From: Octopus sinensis
Lineage: Eukaryota
NCBI RefSeq assembly: GCF_006345805.1
Contig: NC_043006.1
Location: forward strand, 33,604,001 to 33,668,000
Reading direction: 5' to 3'
DNA: 64,000 nt
In this document: one piece after another, positions 37,804 to 53,093 of the stretch
How the letters are laid out: each line of letters begins with the position of its first letter
How positions within the stretch are numbered: position 1 is the stretch's first letter
Notes under the pieces: generated by a model
The model's database searches: none
The model's input: only the letters and a program-made list of their open reading frames with translations
What the model was told of the DNA's origin: nothing
Made by a program: the position numbers and the translations under genes

Positions 37804-40800
37804 GGACTGGATGAAAATTTAGGTGCTTTACTTTTTTTTGTTAGTAGACAAGAATCTTGAAGACACTATTGTATATTGTTTTCTTAACCCAAAAGATTTC
37901 TTTTATCAATGAGGAAATAAGGAAATTTTTTTGTTTTTTAATTCATAAATGTAAACAATTATGTTTTCAAAAACACCTCACAAACACAGGACAGAACAGA
38001 TCAGACCAAAAGAACCGATGTTTATAGAGAATTATATTCTATTTAGTTTTCAGTGTTGCTCATTCAGTTTCCGTGTATGACATAGAATTAATACTTCCCT
38101 AACAAATAATTATGTGACAGGAGTGGATTGTGGAGGTGGGGGTGAAGCAGAATATCTTGAACAACGAAGGAGGTTCTAGACAAAAGAAAAAAATGTGTCT
38201 TTGAATATATGTCTGTGTGTATGAGTATATACATACCTTACATATATATTATATATATATATATATATATAATATATTATATTAATATATAGAGAGGAGA
38301 GAGAGACGAGAGAGATGAAGAGAAGAGAGAGAAAGATAGATATCGTATCTTTTACTTGTTTCAGTCATTAGACTGTGGCCATGCTGGGACATCAGCTTGA
38401 ACAATTTTAGTCGATCAAATTGACCCCAGTACATATGTTTATTATTTTAGTCCTGATACACTAGAGGCCACTTTTAGGTTATGGGGACATAAACACACCA
38501 ACACCGATTGTCAACCAGTGGTAGGGGACAAACACACAGAAGCGAGATGGCTGAGTTCCTTTTGAGCTTTGGGTCCTCACAGAGGCAATGACCTTTGAGC
38601 TTTGAGCCTTGGGCATTATGTCGTACTTGAGAAGACCCATCAAGCCGAGCAAAACTGCGGTTGTGGCAGATACTGGTGTCACACAAATGGCACCCATGCT
38701 AGTGACATGTAAAAGCACCCAGTACACTCTCGGAGTGGTCAGTGTTAGGAAGGGCATCTAACCATAGAAAACCAAGCCAAATCAGATTGGAGCCTGGTGC
38801 AGCTTTCCAGCATGCCAGCCCAGTCAAACCATCCAATCCATGCCAGCATGGACAATGGACATATGATGATGATAATATATATATATATATATATATATAA
38901 AAGAGAGTTTGTGTGTGAGTGTTACGTAGCACTCGGAAACTGAATTGCCAATTTTCAAAAGATTTAGTATCAAAAGATTTAGTAATCTTTCAGCAACCAA
39001 ATAAACTTTATTTTCATTTACATATTTTCTACATTATCTCAACAACCAGCTATAGTTATTTGAAAGATAACTGCTCTACAATGACCAGGTTTCAAGAGAG
39101 TGAAAATAGTTTCACACTTTCAATGTAAACCAAAATTACAAAGTGTTGCATTACAAGAGTGCATGATGTGTGAATAATGAAAGCAATATTTCTCCAAATT
39201 AGTCACATCTGTACTATAATAAAGAAAGCTGCTTATCATCTATATATATGTATAGAGGCTACCAAATAAACTATGTTTTTGGCTCAACAACTGTTTTTTA
39301 CTATTAAAATAACCTCGGAAACGAGGTCAGGTCACACAATTTTGAGGTCGTTTTCGGGCAATATTTCGATTTCCTTCTAATGCTTCACTTTCACCCATAT
39401 TTCACACATGTTTAGAATTCTACTCAGAAAAATATTTATGAAAATGTACACATAAATATTGTATTAAAATAAGCCACAACAAAAAAAAAATTCATTAAAA
39501 GACATCCATTTATCTATGTTATGAGGAAATACAGCCACTCTCTCTCTCTCTCTCTCTCTCTCACATGCACACATATATAGAGAAAAGATGTATGCATATG
39601 TATTTATGTACATGTATATGAAAGATAATGTGTGTGTGTGTGTGTGAGAGAGAGAGAAATAGAAAGTGAGAGTGAGTGAGTGCCACTTACACATACATGC
39701 AAAAAAATACATACATGACAATACATCTTCACTCATTCACACACTCTCTCTCTCTTTCACACACACATCCATTTCATATACTTGTACATACATCTTTCAC
39801 TTTCTCCTTTCTTTCAAATTCGGTTCTCTTTAAAGCATAACAAAATTAACAAACAATCACATGATCCCATATGATTGAGTTGACAATTTTGCTGCTTCAA
39901 ACGAAAGCATGCCGTAAAAGAACTTCCTTTAGCGTGTGCACACACACACATGTCCAAGGTGACATATATATCAGCTGTGCTGATTCTGCCCATAAGAAAG
40001 GAATAAAAAATACAATGAAGCTGTACGTCATAACACCTGGGCAATGCTGGGATGCATTGCTAGTGTGCGTATATATATATATATATATTCTTTTGTTTCA
40101 GTCATTTTGACTGTGGCCATGCTGGAGCACCACCTTTAGTTGAGCAAATCGACCCCCAGGACTTATTCTTTGTAAGCCTAGTACTTATTGTATTGGTCAC
40201 TTTTGCCAAACTGCTAAATTACAGGGACATAAACACACCAGCATCGGTTGTCAAGCGATATTGGGACTCACACACACATATATATATAAACGACAGGCTT
40301 CTTTCAGTTTCCGTCTACCAAATCCACCCACAAGGCTTTGGTTGGCCCAAGGTTATAGTTGAAGACTTCAGTTTTTCCAAGCCCTGTAAAAGAACTTGGA
40401 AGGTTGGGTCACCAACCAGAACTTTCACATTACCATTAAAGCCAGGAACTTTTCAACACTCCCTCGGATATATGTGTGTTTACTTTTACACACATACATT
40501 CTTATTTTTCTTTACCTCTTTCCACCCCACAACCCTTATGTTCTTCAAACTTCTGTTCCTAGCGTTACCGTTATTAAACATTTAAAACGTTCTTTCTCTC
40601 CTACAGAGGATGCTTCACGAATAACATCAGTGTACTTATCTCCCAATGGCTTACAAACTTATCAGAATCTGCAAACTTAAATAAACACTTAGTTTCTGAT
40701 GATAACAATCATCAGTTACCATGGATACTGGTTTTCATTATGTGTATGATCATGTGCCAATGGCATGTAAAAAGCACTATTCAAGCGTGGTCAATGCCAG

Positions 40801-41326
40801 TACCATCTGACTGGCTTCCATGCACCATAAAAAGCACCATTTCAGCATGGTCGTTACCAGTGCCGCCAGACTAGCCCTCATGCTGGTGGCACATAAAATT
40901 CACCCACTACACTCTTGGAGTGGTTGGCATTAGGAAGGGCATCCAGCTGTAGAAACTTTGCCAGATCAGATTGGAGCATGGTACAGCCTTCTGGTTTGCC
41001 AGCCCTCAGTCAAACCGTCCAACCCATGCCAGTAAGGAAAGCAAACATTAAACGACAATGATGATGATGATGATGTTGATATGTGTGTGTATGCATTTAA
41101 TCATCAAATAAAGATGTAATATTTTCCATTCTTGCTGTTATATACTTCGGAGTTCTTGAAACTCTACCAAGCAATATCTAGATTTGCATATCATACACAA
41201 GGAATTACCTTGGATGTTAATTCTATTAGAATTTATTGGTATCTGATTGTTTGATGTTGTTAACCAGTTCCACTTGATCACTGAGTGCTTTCTTAATATA
41301 TGCCTAGGTTTACTAATTCCTTTATC

Positions 41327-41377
<51 letters not shown>

Positions 41378-41477
41378 CATATATACATACACATATATAT
41401 ATACACATATATATATACATATATGCATATATACATACACATATATATACACATATATATATATATACATACATACA

Positions 41478-42277
41478 TCATCATCATCATCATCATCATC
41501 ATTTAGCGTCCGTTTTCCATGCTAGCATGGGTTGGACGGTTCAACTGGGGTCTGGGGAGCCCGAAGGCTGCACCAGGCCAGTCAGATCTGGCAGTGTTTC
41601 TACAGCTGGATGCCCTTCCTAACGCCAACCACTCCGAGAGTGTAGTGGGTGATTTTATGTGCCACCGACACAGGTGCCAGACGAGGCTGGCGAACGGCCA
41701 CGCTCGGATGGTGTTTTTATGTGCCACCGACACAGGTGCCAGACGAGGCTGGCAGACGGCCACGCTCGGATGGTGTTTTTATGTGCCACCGACACAGGTG
41801 CCAGATAAGCTGGCGGACGGCCACGATCGGATGGTGTTTTGTTACGTCCCCAAAGCACGGAGGCCAGTCTATGCGGTACTGGCTACGGCCACGTTCGGAT
41901 GATTTTCTTGTGTGCCACCGGCACTGGTACCACAAAGATACAAATTCCATTGATGTTCATCTATTTGATTTGATTTGATTTCACTTGCCCTCAACAGGTC
42001 TTCACAAGTGTCACAAGAAGGAAGGTATGCACAGGTGGACTGACTACGTCCCAGGTAGGGGCCACGGGTTATGGCCTGACTAGTCTTGCCGGGTCTTCGG
42101 ATGGTGTTTTTATGTGCCACCGACACAGGTGCCAGATGAGGCTGGCGAACGGCCACGATCGGATGGTGTTTCTTACGTGCCCACAGCACGGAGGCCAGTC
42201 GATGCGGTACTGGCTACGATCGGATGGTGTTTGTTACGTGCCCACAGCACGGAGGCCAGTCGATGCGGTACTGGCAT
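41478..42277 (-). mobile_element. Second copy of the VNTR-bearing RTE-tailed element
   Basis: Near-identical 3' end to 32761-34000; gccacc unit starts at 41661, 41723 and 41785 (62-bp period); truncated by a (TACA/TA)n array. Confidence 0.85.
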
Positions 42278-42487
42278 ACATATATACATATACATATACA
42301 TATATACATACATATACATACATATATATACATATATATATATATACATACATATATATATACATATATATATATACATACATATATATACATATATATA
42401 TACATACATATATATACATATATATATATACATACATATATATACATATATATATATACATATATACATATATATATACATACATAC

Positions 42488-42520
<33 letters not shown>

Positions 42521-42925
42521 CATACATATATATATATACATATATATATACATACATATACATATATATATACATACATATACATATATATATACATACA
42601 TATACATATATATATATACATACATATACATATATATACATACATATACATATATATATACATACATATATATATACATACATATATATATACATACATA
42701 TACATATATATATACATACATATACATATATATATACATACATATATATATACATACATATATATATACATACATATATACATATAGATATACATATATA
42801 CATGCATATATACATATATATATACATGCATATATATATATGGGATACTCTTGGTAACAGAGCAGTACACAATCTCTCTCTCTATATATATATATGTATG
42901 TGTATATATATATATATATAAAGAG
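42277..42925. repeat. (TA)n/(TACA)n compound microsatellite
   Basis: Seen directly. Confidence 0.95.
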
Positions 42926-45900
42926 AGAAAGAGAGAGAGAGACCCCACTGTGCTCCATACCACTCTAGAAATTGTCGTTTTGTTCTTCTCTTAGCTATTC
43001 TTGCTACAATAGTGACAACATGAAATTCTTCCATCCTCTTGCTCTGTTAAAATATTTAAGAAAAATTATATTAATATATCTTGCCTGTTAAAAATCCATA
43101 TTTTTTCAGCTGAAGATAGCGCTGTATTTAAATTGATGTAATGATTGCATTGTTCAATTAAATGGAGCCGTTTGAAACAGTTGTACTGTATTACTACTTG
43201 GTATCTTCTTACTTATTTTGATATATATATATATACATATCTATTACAACCTGAAAGATTGCAGGATAGCAAGTGACTGCACTTTATAATTGGTGAGTGT
43301 TAGGAAGGGCATCAAGCAGTAAGAGACCATGCCAAAATGGCTAGGGAACCTGGTGTAGACCCTAGTCTTGCCAGCACCTGTCAAACCCATGCCAGCATGG
43401 AAAATAGATGTTTGATGATGATGATGATGGTGATGATGACTGATATGTGGTCCAAGTTCCATCTGGCGACCTGTTTCTCTTTCCAGCCTGAGATTAGTGC
43501 TTAACAACTATAACTGCAGTAGATGGCAAGTGATGGCCACAGTTGGAGCACCTTTGATCATAGATCTGCTCAATAAGAGCTAACCTGAAGAACAACAGAA
43601 ACTAAAAAAACAAAAGAAAGAAAATGTGGGACCCTTTGTTGGTTACTGTGAGTATTCAGGTGTTTAATCAGCTGGATGGCTCATTAAATTAATAAGTGGT
43701 GCCAGCTTTGTTCCTGTTCCACATGAAAAGCACTTGGGCCATTGCCACATTAAGACACATCATATGGTGCCACATTAAGACACATCATATGCTGTCATGT
43801 TCAAAATACCCGGCACACACTGTAATGTGGTTGGCGTTAAGAAGGGCATGTAACCATAAAAACCAAGCTAAATCAGACTGGAACTTGATGCAGCTACCCA
43901 GCTTGCCAGTTCTGGTCAAACAGTCTAACCCAGGCCAGCATGGACAACGGATGTTAAAGGCTGATAATGATGATGATGATGATAACTGATTGTTCATCAC
44001 ACATGTACATCATCATCATCATTACTGTTTTAACATCTGCTTTTCCATGTTCACAGGCCAGCATGGACAACGGATGTTAAAGGCTGATAATGATGATGAT
44101 GATGATAACTGATTGTTCATCACACATGTACATCATCATCATCATTACTGTTTTAACATCTGCTTTTCCATGTTCACATGGATCAGGTGGAATTTGTTGA
44201 AGCAGATTTTCTTTGGCTGGATGCTTTCCCTGTTGCCAACCCTCACCTGTTATCGAGAACGATTAGAAATGATGGACACCCCTTACATGATGTTGACATT
44301 TATTTACAATTATGACACAATTTCAAGCTAAGGAGACAGTAGCATACAGACGTATAATAGGCTTCTTTCAGTTTCCTGGAGTTATAGTAGAAGACAGAGT
44401 TATAGTAGTAGCCCAAGGTGCTATGCAGTCAGATTGAACCCAATACCACGTGGTTGGGAAGCAAACTTCTTACCACACAGCCACACCCACACATTCAACA
44501 TAAATATCAAATAGAATTAGCAAGAGACAGTTTGTGATAAGTGGCCAAATTACAAGCACCATCCATCAAATGAGCTTCTGTATAGTTTCCACTTAGCCAG
44601 CTTCACTTAACAAGGTTTAGGTCAGCAGAAACTCTCATAAAAAAATACACTTGCCTTTAAGTACTCTGCAGCGGAACTGAACTCAGGTCCTCGTGGTTGC
44701 AAAACAAACTGCTTAACCACTCAGCTACTTGTGTGTCCACCAAAAGCATACTAAAAGAAGGGTGAATGGGAACATTAGTATGGTGCTGAGATTTAATGAA
44801 ACTAATCAGACAATTGTGATATAAATGTCAGATTGAATGACATCTGAAGTGTATACTTTCCATTGAAGATGGGCTTGAGTTTCTTTGTTTTAGGGGTAAG
44901 TGACAAACGGTGACCTCCCACCTGCCCACCCACCAGGAATACTTAGGTCTAAGCTTTGACATTGGAGTAGTAGGATGGGTGGGGATGGGGAGGTATCTTG
45001 ATACAGCAGTTCTTTTGTTCTTTGTCATGCACCTGTGTTTTTTTTTTGTGTGTGTGTAGTGCAGACAGTATATTGGTTCAACCCTCAATCAGAGCAAAAC
45101 ATTTAACCAAGCATGAAGAACAAAACAAATCAAAAGGAAAACAAAATGTAATGAAATGATGGTTACAACCACCACCACCACCATGATAAGAGTATTGTCT
45201 TGTTTTTTCTTAAGGTAAAACAGTGAAATGATATCAGCAATGGTAAGAACAACAAGAGCATTGTTATTGACTAGTCTCCTAATTTGCTCATGGATATACA
45301 TACATACACACATACATGTATGTATGTATGTATATATATGTATGTACGTATGTGTTTGTATGTGTGTGTAAGTACAAGTCAATTCTGATCCATTAGATTA
45401 ATTTTTTTTAATTGTCAAAGTTGGTTTCTGTAATTTTAACCTGAGGAATGACTGGCACCCGGTCAGTTATGACAACCATAGTTCCTGTTGATATGACCAA
45501 CAGAACTGCCTGCACATGAAATTTAATGTGGAAAGGGCTGAGCACTCCAGAGACACATGTACCCTTAACATAGTTCTCATGGAGATTCAGCATGACACAG
45601 AATGTGACATGGCTGGCCTTTGAAATCCAGGTAGAACTGGTTTTTGCCAGCTGAGTGAACTAGAGCAACACGGAATTAAGTGTCTTGCTCAATGATACAA
45701 TGTGCTGTTGAGTATTGAACTCAAGACCTTAAGATCGTGAGCCAAATACACTAACCACTAAGCCAAAGACCTTTACTAAACTGAGGCTTAGAGACCATGA
45801 CGAAATTGTTGTCTCATTATCAAAATTGTTTAACCCAAAGTTAGCCAAGATCAATGGCATTCCAGCCATGACCATCTGAACTTTTTTCCAGGCTTAAACT

Positions 45901-48721
45901 ATCTTAGACTATTTTGGTTTCAAATATTGGCACAAGACCAGCAAGTTCAGAGTGTGAGAGTAAATCAATTTACATTGACCCCCAGTACATGAGTGGTATT
46001 CATTTTACTGATCCTAAAAGGATCAAAGGCTAAGTCAACCCTGGTAGCATTTGAATTCAGCATGTAAGGTCATAAGAAACGCTGCTGAGCATTTTGCCTG
46101 GCATGATACTGATTCTGCCAGCTTGCTGCTTTATATATTTGACTCATCATCATCATCATTTAATGTCTGCTTTCCATGCTGGCATGGGTTGGACGGTTTG
46201 ACTGGGGACTGGCGAGCCAGATGGCTGCACCAGGCTCCAATCTGATCTGGCAGAGTTTCTACAGCTGGATGCCCTTCCTAACACCAACCACTCCGAGAGT
46301 GTAGAGGGTGCTTTTACATACCACCAGGATGAGGGCCAGTCAGGCGGTTCTGGCAATGGCCATGCTCGAATGTTGTTTTTCACGTGCCACTGGCACAAGT
46401 GCCATCAAATGTATGTCTCCTTTGTTTTTAAGAGAGTAAGAAGTTATTTTGAGGATGATTTAGTAGCTATTTCTAGCAAGTTGAATGGTAATGTAAAGGC
46501 TCTCTGATTTGCTGTTTTGATTATTGGTGTTGCAAATGTTATTGAGAATTTTTTGTTTTTGCTGTTTAACCCCTGGTCAGAAGTGACTCAGCAGATGTAT
46601 GATCGATGGTATTCCAATGAACAGCTCCTTTCTTTTTCATTCAACCACAGTATATCTAGGACTACATTATCTAATGTGAGAATAACTCAAAGGCAAAATA
46701 CATGCTTAAACCCCGCCTTACTCTGTGTAATTCTTCTGGCTTTCATTTAATGTTTACATTGTCAGAGTAAATAATAAGTGCATCTATTTTATGTGTATTC
46801 ATGTTACTTGTACAGAAATATAGTGTATTGACATTGAGGAAGACGTGGGAGGGATAAGAGCAGTGCCACAGGTTTTCCAATCAAAATTCCAATCATTCAT
46901 ATCTTTCAATAAATATGTAAACATAAAAGACCTGACATTGTCATCAGAGATTGGAAACAAGAGGACCTATTCTGTTATGTGGAAGACTGAGATGTATATC
47001 TTGTGCAAAGTTAGGAAATGAGGTGACTTTCATTTATTTGAAAACCTGCAATTTCTGTCATAGGTTTCTACCTATGGTAATAATCATTGTTTTCCGATAT
47101 ATAGACACAAGGCCAGAAATCTTGGAATAACCGTGAGTTACAGCAACCTCAGAACCTGATATATGCACAAGGCCATCATGGAATAAAGAATAATTGGTTA
47201 TAGCAACCTCGGAACTTAACATGGGCAAAAGGCCAAAAATCTTGGAAGAAAGAACATTTGGCTTTAGCAACCTCAGAATCTCACAACTAATTCTTTCATC
47301 AATCCAAAGAAGCATGAAAATGCAAAATCCACCCTTCAATAATATTTGAAACCAAAACATTAAGGGATGCTTCTAAATACTGGTTTTAAATTTTGGCACA
47401 AGACCAGTATTTTCAGGGGAGGAGGTAAGTCAATTTACAGCGACTCTAATGTTCAACTGGTATTTATTTTATCAACCGGAAAAGATGAAAAGGGAATTTG
47501 ACAATGGCAGAATTTGATCTCAGAACTCGAAGACAAACAAAATGCAGCGAAGCATTTTGCCCAGCATCCTCATGATTCTGCCAACCTCTCACTATAGATG
47601 CTTCTGAATATTGCAAGGTATTTTCTCTGACTTCTGTGACCAAGTTCCTTTCCAGTGTTGGGGCCTCGTAGAGGTAATGATCAAGAATTTTGGCAATGTG
47701 TTGTGCTTGAGAAGAAAACCCATCAAGCTGAGCAAAATTGCAGTTGTGGCAGATACCAGTGACACGCAAAAAGCACCCGTTTCATTCTCAGAATGGTTGG
47801 CATTAGGAAGAGCATCCAGCCATAGTAAACCATGCCAAATCAGACTGGAGTCTGATGCAGCTTTCCAGCATGCCAGCCCGGTCAAACCGTCCAACCTATG
47901 CCAGCATGGACAACGGACATTAAATGATGATGATGATGACGATGATGACATACCACTGTGTCAATAACAATTGATTTCTAACACTGACTGAAAGACCTGG
48001 CAGAATTATTATTGGATAAAATGCTTTGTGGCATTTCTTCCAACTTTATGCTTTGAGTTCAAAATATACCAAGGTTGACTTAGCCTTTAATCCTTTTGCA
48101 ATTGATAAAATAAGTACCAGTTAAGCACTTGGGTTGATGTAATCGACAGGTACCCTCCCTCAGAAATGTCAGGCCTTGTGAGTCTATAGTAGAAGAGAAA
48201 AGAATCATTATCTTCCTTATTTGTGATTATGAAAGACAGCAAGCTTGTAGAACCATTAATGCGCCAAACAAAATGGAGACCAGCATTTCTTCTGATTCTG
48301 GATCAAAATTTTGTAGACGTCAGCTTGGCTTTTCATTCTTTTGGGGTCAACAAAATACATACCGGTCAAGTACTGGGGTCAATGTGATTGACTAACCCAC
48401 ATCTTAAACTTGTGTCAAAATTTGAAATCATCATTATCATTATTTGTGATTCTCGGTTTAGTCCCACTGCATGGCACCTTGGGTAACTGTCTTCTACTAT
48501 GACTTTGGGCTGATCAAAGCTTTGTGTGAGTGGATTTGGTTGAGAGAAACTGAAAGAAGCTTAACATATGTGTGTGTGTATATATACACACACACATATA
48601 TACATACACCAGACATATATACACACACACACACATACATATGTACACTTATATACATATATATATACAAACACATATACACACATATATATACATACAT
48701 GTGTATGTGTGTATATATATA

Positions 48722-48754
<33 letters not shown>

Positions 48755-49859
48755 GCGTGTGTATGTATATATATGCATAAGCGGATGTGTCTTTGTGTCT
48801 GTGCTGGAAAACTGGTGTTGGTTTGATTACATCTCTGTAACTTAGTAGTTCGGCAAAAGGGCCCAACAGAATAAGTCAAGCTTTAAATAAAAAGTATTGG
48901 AGTTGATTCATCTGACTAAGAGATTCCTCAAGGTGGTGCCCCAGCATGGCCACAGTCTAATGACTGAAATAAGTAAAAGACAAAATATGATGTACGGTGC
49001 TGGCAGAATCGTCAACCGTTGGAAAAACACCTTGCAGTATTTCTAACAGGCATTTTACTTCCTGCATTCAAATCCTTCTGTAGTTGATAAAATAAATAGC
49101 CAAGTACCAGGATCGATGGTACTGACAGAGCCCCTCCCCTCAAAATTACTAGACTTGTTTGTACCTAAATCAGAAACAATTATGTGTGGTTGTGTGAATG
49201 TATAGCTGTGTATCTATTTCTGCACAAGCGCTTCTAGATGGGGCAAGGCTGAGCTAGCAGCCAATATGCACAAACCACCTAAAAAACGCATATAATTGAA
49301 TAGACACACACACATTCGTCCATAAACACACTGACATTTATATACACACACACACAAGCCACAAACACCTACTACCTTGATACAAGTCTGACGTGGATAT
49401 GTCATTTCCATGTCCTACGGGACTTCATAACCTACACTGCAGCACATAGTATATACATATATATATATATATGCATATACATACTAGGGCAATAGTGGAA
49501 GTAAGGGGGTGGTCAGCAGAGGAGCGGGAGGAGGCAGAGGAATGAAGTCTGATGAGAGATGGTTACTAGAAAAGGCAGCTGTGTTTTATTTTCTGTTTTT
49601 TCTTCTGCTTTTTTTTTTGCAACGTACAGTGGAAACTGTATCTTTAAATAGGGCTAATCTAAATTAGTTTGAGATCACCACGACCGGGATAATGCAGTTT
49701 ATGAAAAGACCTAGATGGGGGGTGGTACAATATAAGTAGGTGTATCTGTGCACACACACTTATTATTCTTAAACAAGGCTATTATTGACAGTGACTTCGA
49801 AGTGTCGGCCAGTTAAGCCATCATATTCATATATATATATATACACACGCATTTGTATG

Positions 49860-49899
<40 letters not shown>

Positions 49900-49929
49900 C
49901 ACACTCATGCAGATATATCCTCATATATC

Positions 49930-49978
<49 letters not shown>

Positions 49979-50003
49979 TCATGCAGATATATCCTCATAT
50001 ATC

Positions 50004-50073
<70 letters not shown>

Positions 50074-50535
50074 CTTTTTTAATTGTACGTGAATATACGT
50101 AATATATTGTACATAAATACATATATTTAGACATCAACATACACATAAATTTGTGTATGCCCATCTATTACGTACACAGACACATAGGACATACACAAGT
50201 ACATGTGTAATTTTGTACCAATTAATTAGAAAATATAGAGAAACAACTTGCTTTAATTAGAAAACATTGAAACTGCAATTAATGTAATGGATACATGCAT
50301 GTATATGTGTATGTATATATTTATATATGCATTAATTTTGTGTATGTGTGTGTGTCCTGCAACAAAAAGTATGTGTACAGTGAGTCTCAACATAGTAGGT
50401 GTGTGATGCAGGAATAAAAAGTGTGTAAACTTTTGCGGAGTGACATTTGAAGAAATACAGAAGGGGCGACGGGGAGGGGAGAGAGAGAGAGAAAGATATA
50501 TATATATATATATATATACTCTATGTATTACTCAC

Positions 50536-50571
50536 AAGGTTAAAAAATAAAATAAAACAGATGGTGAGTAG

Positions 50572-50602
<31 letters not shown>

Positions 50603-51130
50603 GAAGGTGAAGGCTATATTGTTATGTGATTTGAGGTGGGATGTTGCTGATGTGTAGACCAAGGTCATCTCTGACAGCCAAATTCTTCAATAGTTTGGAA
50701 CTTGTTCGTCTTAGAGTTGATTTGGCCAGAGGCATTAAAATCGTAACCGCCCGTATTTTTTTTTTTTGTCTGTCTGTTTTTTTCAGTATGTGTGTTTCTT
50801 TTCAGCTTATTCAAATATAACTTTTCTTTTGTTATTTTTTGAAAGACAGTAGTAAGTGATTTGAAGGTAACTTAGCTTCTATTTCTAGCAAGTCAAGCGA
50901 TGAGTGTGGGCGGCGCGATGTCTTTTGAGGGACGAAAGTAGTGATGGGAAGGGATGAACGAGTTAACTGAGGGAAAATGTAAACAAGAAAGAGAACGGGG
51001 GAGGGAGAAATAAGAAAAGAGAGAGAGAGAGAGAGAAAGAGTAATGTCGTCATCATCATCATCATCAAACCAGCCAACCAGCCAAACAACGAAGAAGTAA
51101 AGATACGTGCGCGAGTTCGCGTATAAAATG
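50536..51130 (-). promoter_or_regulatory. Candidate promoter/non-coding first exon
   Basis: Minus-strand Inr-like TCAGTT at 50970-50965, FOX-type TTGTTTAC just upstream (~50979-50986), GC-rich GGGCGGCGCG near 50907-50917, minus donor CTT|GTGAGT (GT 50535-50534). Plus-strand TATAAAA at 51122-51128. Confidence 0.3.
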
Positions 51131-53093
51131 TGTATGTATGGCTGTATGTATGTCTGAGTGTGTACACGTCCTTCTCAGAAATACACAGTGTGTGTGTTGA
51201 CCAGGCAAAGAATTAGAGTAGTGTGTTGAGAGAAAAAGGGAGAGAAAGAAAGAGATAGAGAGTAAGTGGGTGAGAGAGATGCCATAAAAAGAGATTAGGA
51301 TGAAGGAGTAGGTGGGAAATAGCATTAAGAGGCGTATGGAAGTAAATGAGAACTAAACACGAGAGAAAAGAAAGAGATTGTGGCATAAATATAGTTGTGG
51401 AGAGAGAGAGAGAAACTTACATCAGTAAAGAAGAAAAGAAACAGAGTGTGACACAGATACAGAAATAAAAGAGAAAGTTCCTAAAGGGAGTTAGAGAGAA
51501 GCTAGAACAGAAGAGAGAGTAAATAGAAAGCGTAAACGAAAGAAAAACAGAGAGAGAGAGAAAGGGAGTCATAGAGATAGAGTAAGAACAATGAGTTACA
51601 GAAAATGACCGTTGATATATACAGAGCTAAAAAAACAAAAAGAGAGGAAAATAGAGGGAACAAGTGCTAAAATATAGGATCTATGGAGCCCAAGCATGGA
51701 TAGTCTTGACCGTGAGGCTAAAACGAAGTGAAGAACTAAAAGATGGAAGTGAGAAACAGAAAAGATAAAAGAAATATATGATAGAAAAGAAGTGAAAATA
51801 AGTTGACATGAAAAAGAAAAGGCAGTAAAGCGGTAAATGTGACATGGAGGGGAATGTTACCCAGAAAATAAGAGTGAACACAGCACTTGACATGGAATAC
51901 TTGGGTGTAAATAAATAAGTGGAAGGAACTCATTTATCCAGTTCCAATTTGCAAAGATTACGATCTAAATTTGCCCATTTTCACTTAATGTCTGTTTCCA
52001 TAAAGTTGTTTTTGTAATGTATGTTGTTAATGGTGTTTTGTAGCCTTTAATCATCCCTACTATCAAAGACGTTCCAACTATGACAGACCAACCTGTCGTT
52101 TTGTATAACTAGAACATTTGGATAACTATTATCCGAATGTGTCATTGGAGGGATGTTTACTGCTATTTCCAACAATGTCGAGGGACCGTACAAACCCTTT
52201 TTTGTCCGCTCGGAGCTTTTTTAAAGTTGTTTAACCCTAAACCAGCTAATCACGCAGACCTCTAACCAAAGACATTCTAGCTGTACCATATCGTTTTCTT
52301 TTTATGGACACGCTATATCCAAGACTACATTATCCGACGTTTCACCATTTCCTTCTTAAAAGCAACAAGATGAAAAAGGAGGGAGAAATGGTTGGCATTT
52401 TTAGCAAGTCGAATGATCATGCCAGGCTCCCCTGTACGCTAAGAAGTTATTTTTTTTTACTTTTACATTTCTTGGCAGCATCAAGGGTTTCATGTTTTGT
52501 GGAACAATTCTCTACGCCATCATTTCCGAGCAGTAATTTATTGTAAAATAATACAATATTTTCAAGGCTGTAAAGAACTCCAAAGATTTTAGTTAATGGT
52601 TTCTTCCAGAGTGCTACCGACATCGATTCGATTTTCATTCTTTCTTGAACTTTTCTCTCTAATCTGTGAAAATGATCAAAATTAATATTTTCTGTTTAAA
52701 TTTTATTCTACATTTCATAACAGGGATGTTTATGAGATAGTTTTAAGATTCTGTTGGTAAGTGATTCGGCATGAATTTAGTCTCACGGGTGCCAGATTAA
52801 AGAGTTTTTATTGCATAAGTGAGAAAGGAAAACAGAAAAGCAAAAACCCATTAAAGATGAGCTGTGACATTGAATTACAAAAGGAAGAACTCTGAAGACG
52901 GATAGATGAGCGAAGTTACCCATCCCACTATAAAAGAAAGTATGGAAGCAGAAACGTGGTAAAAAAGCGTATGTGGCATACGCGCTTTGCAAAGAGGTTA
53001 AGTTCAGATAGAAAAAGATTAGAAGGAATTAAAATACTTGTTTAGTTACCCAGATCAACCTTGGTTGAACAGACAGACACCTATGATCTAAAG

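Noticed and set aside
50622-50735. Minus ORF MPLAKSTLRRTSSKLL...NIPPQIT* as a homologue of PRKAG2 exon 1
   Set aside because: It ends in TAA with no phase-0 donor; at most a uORF.
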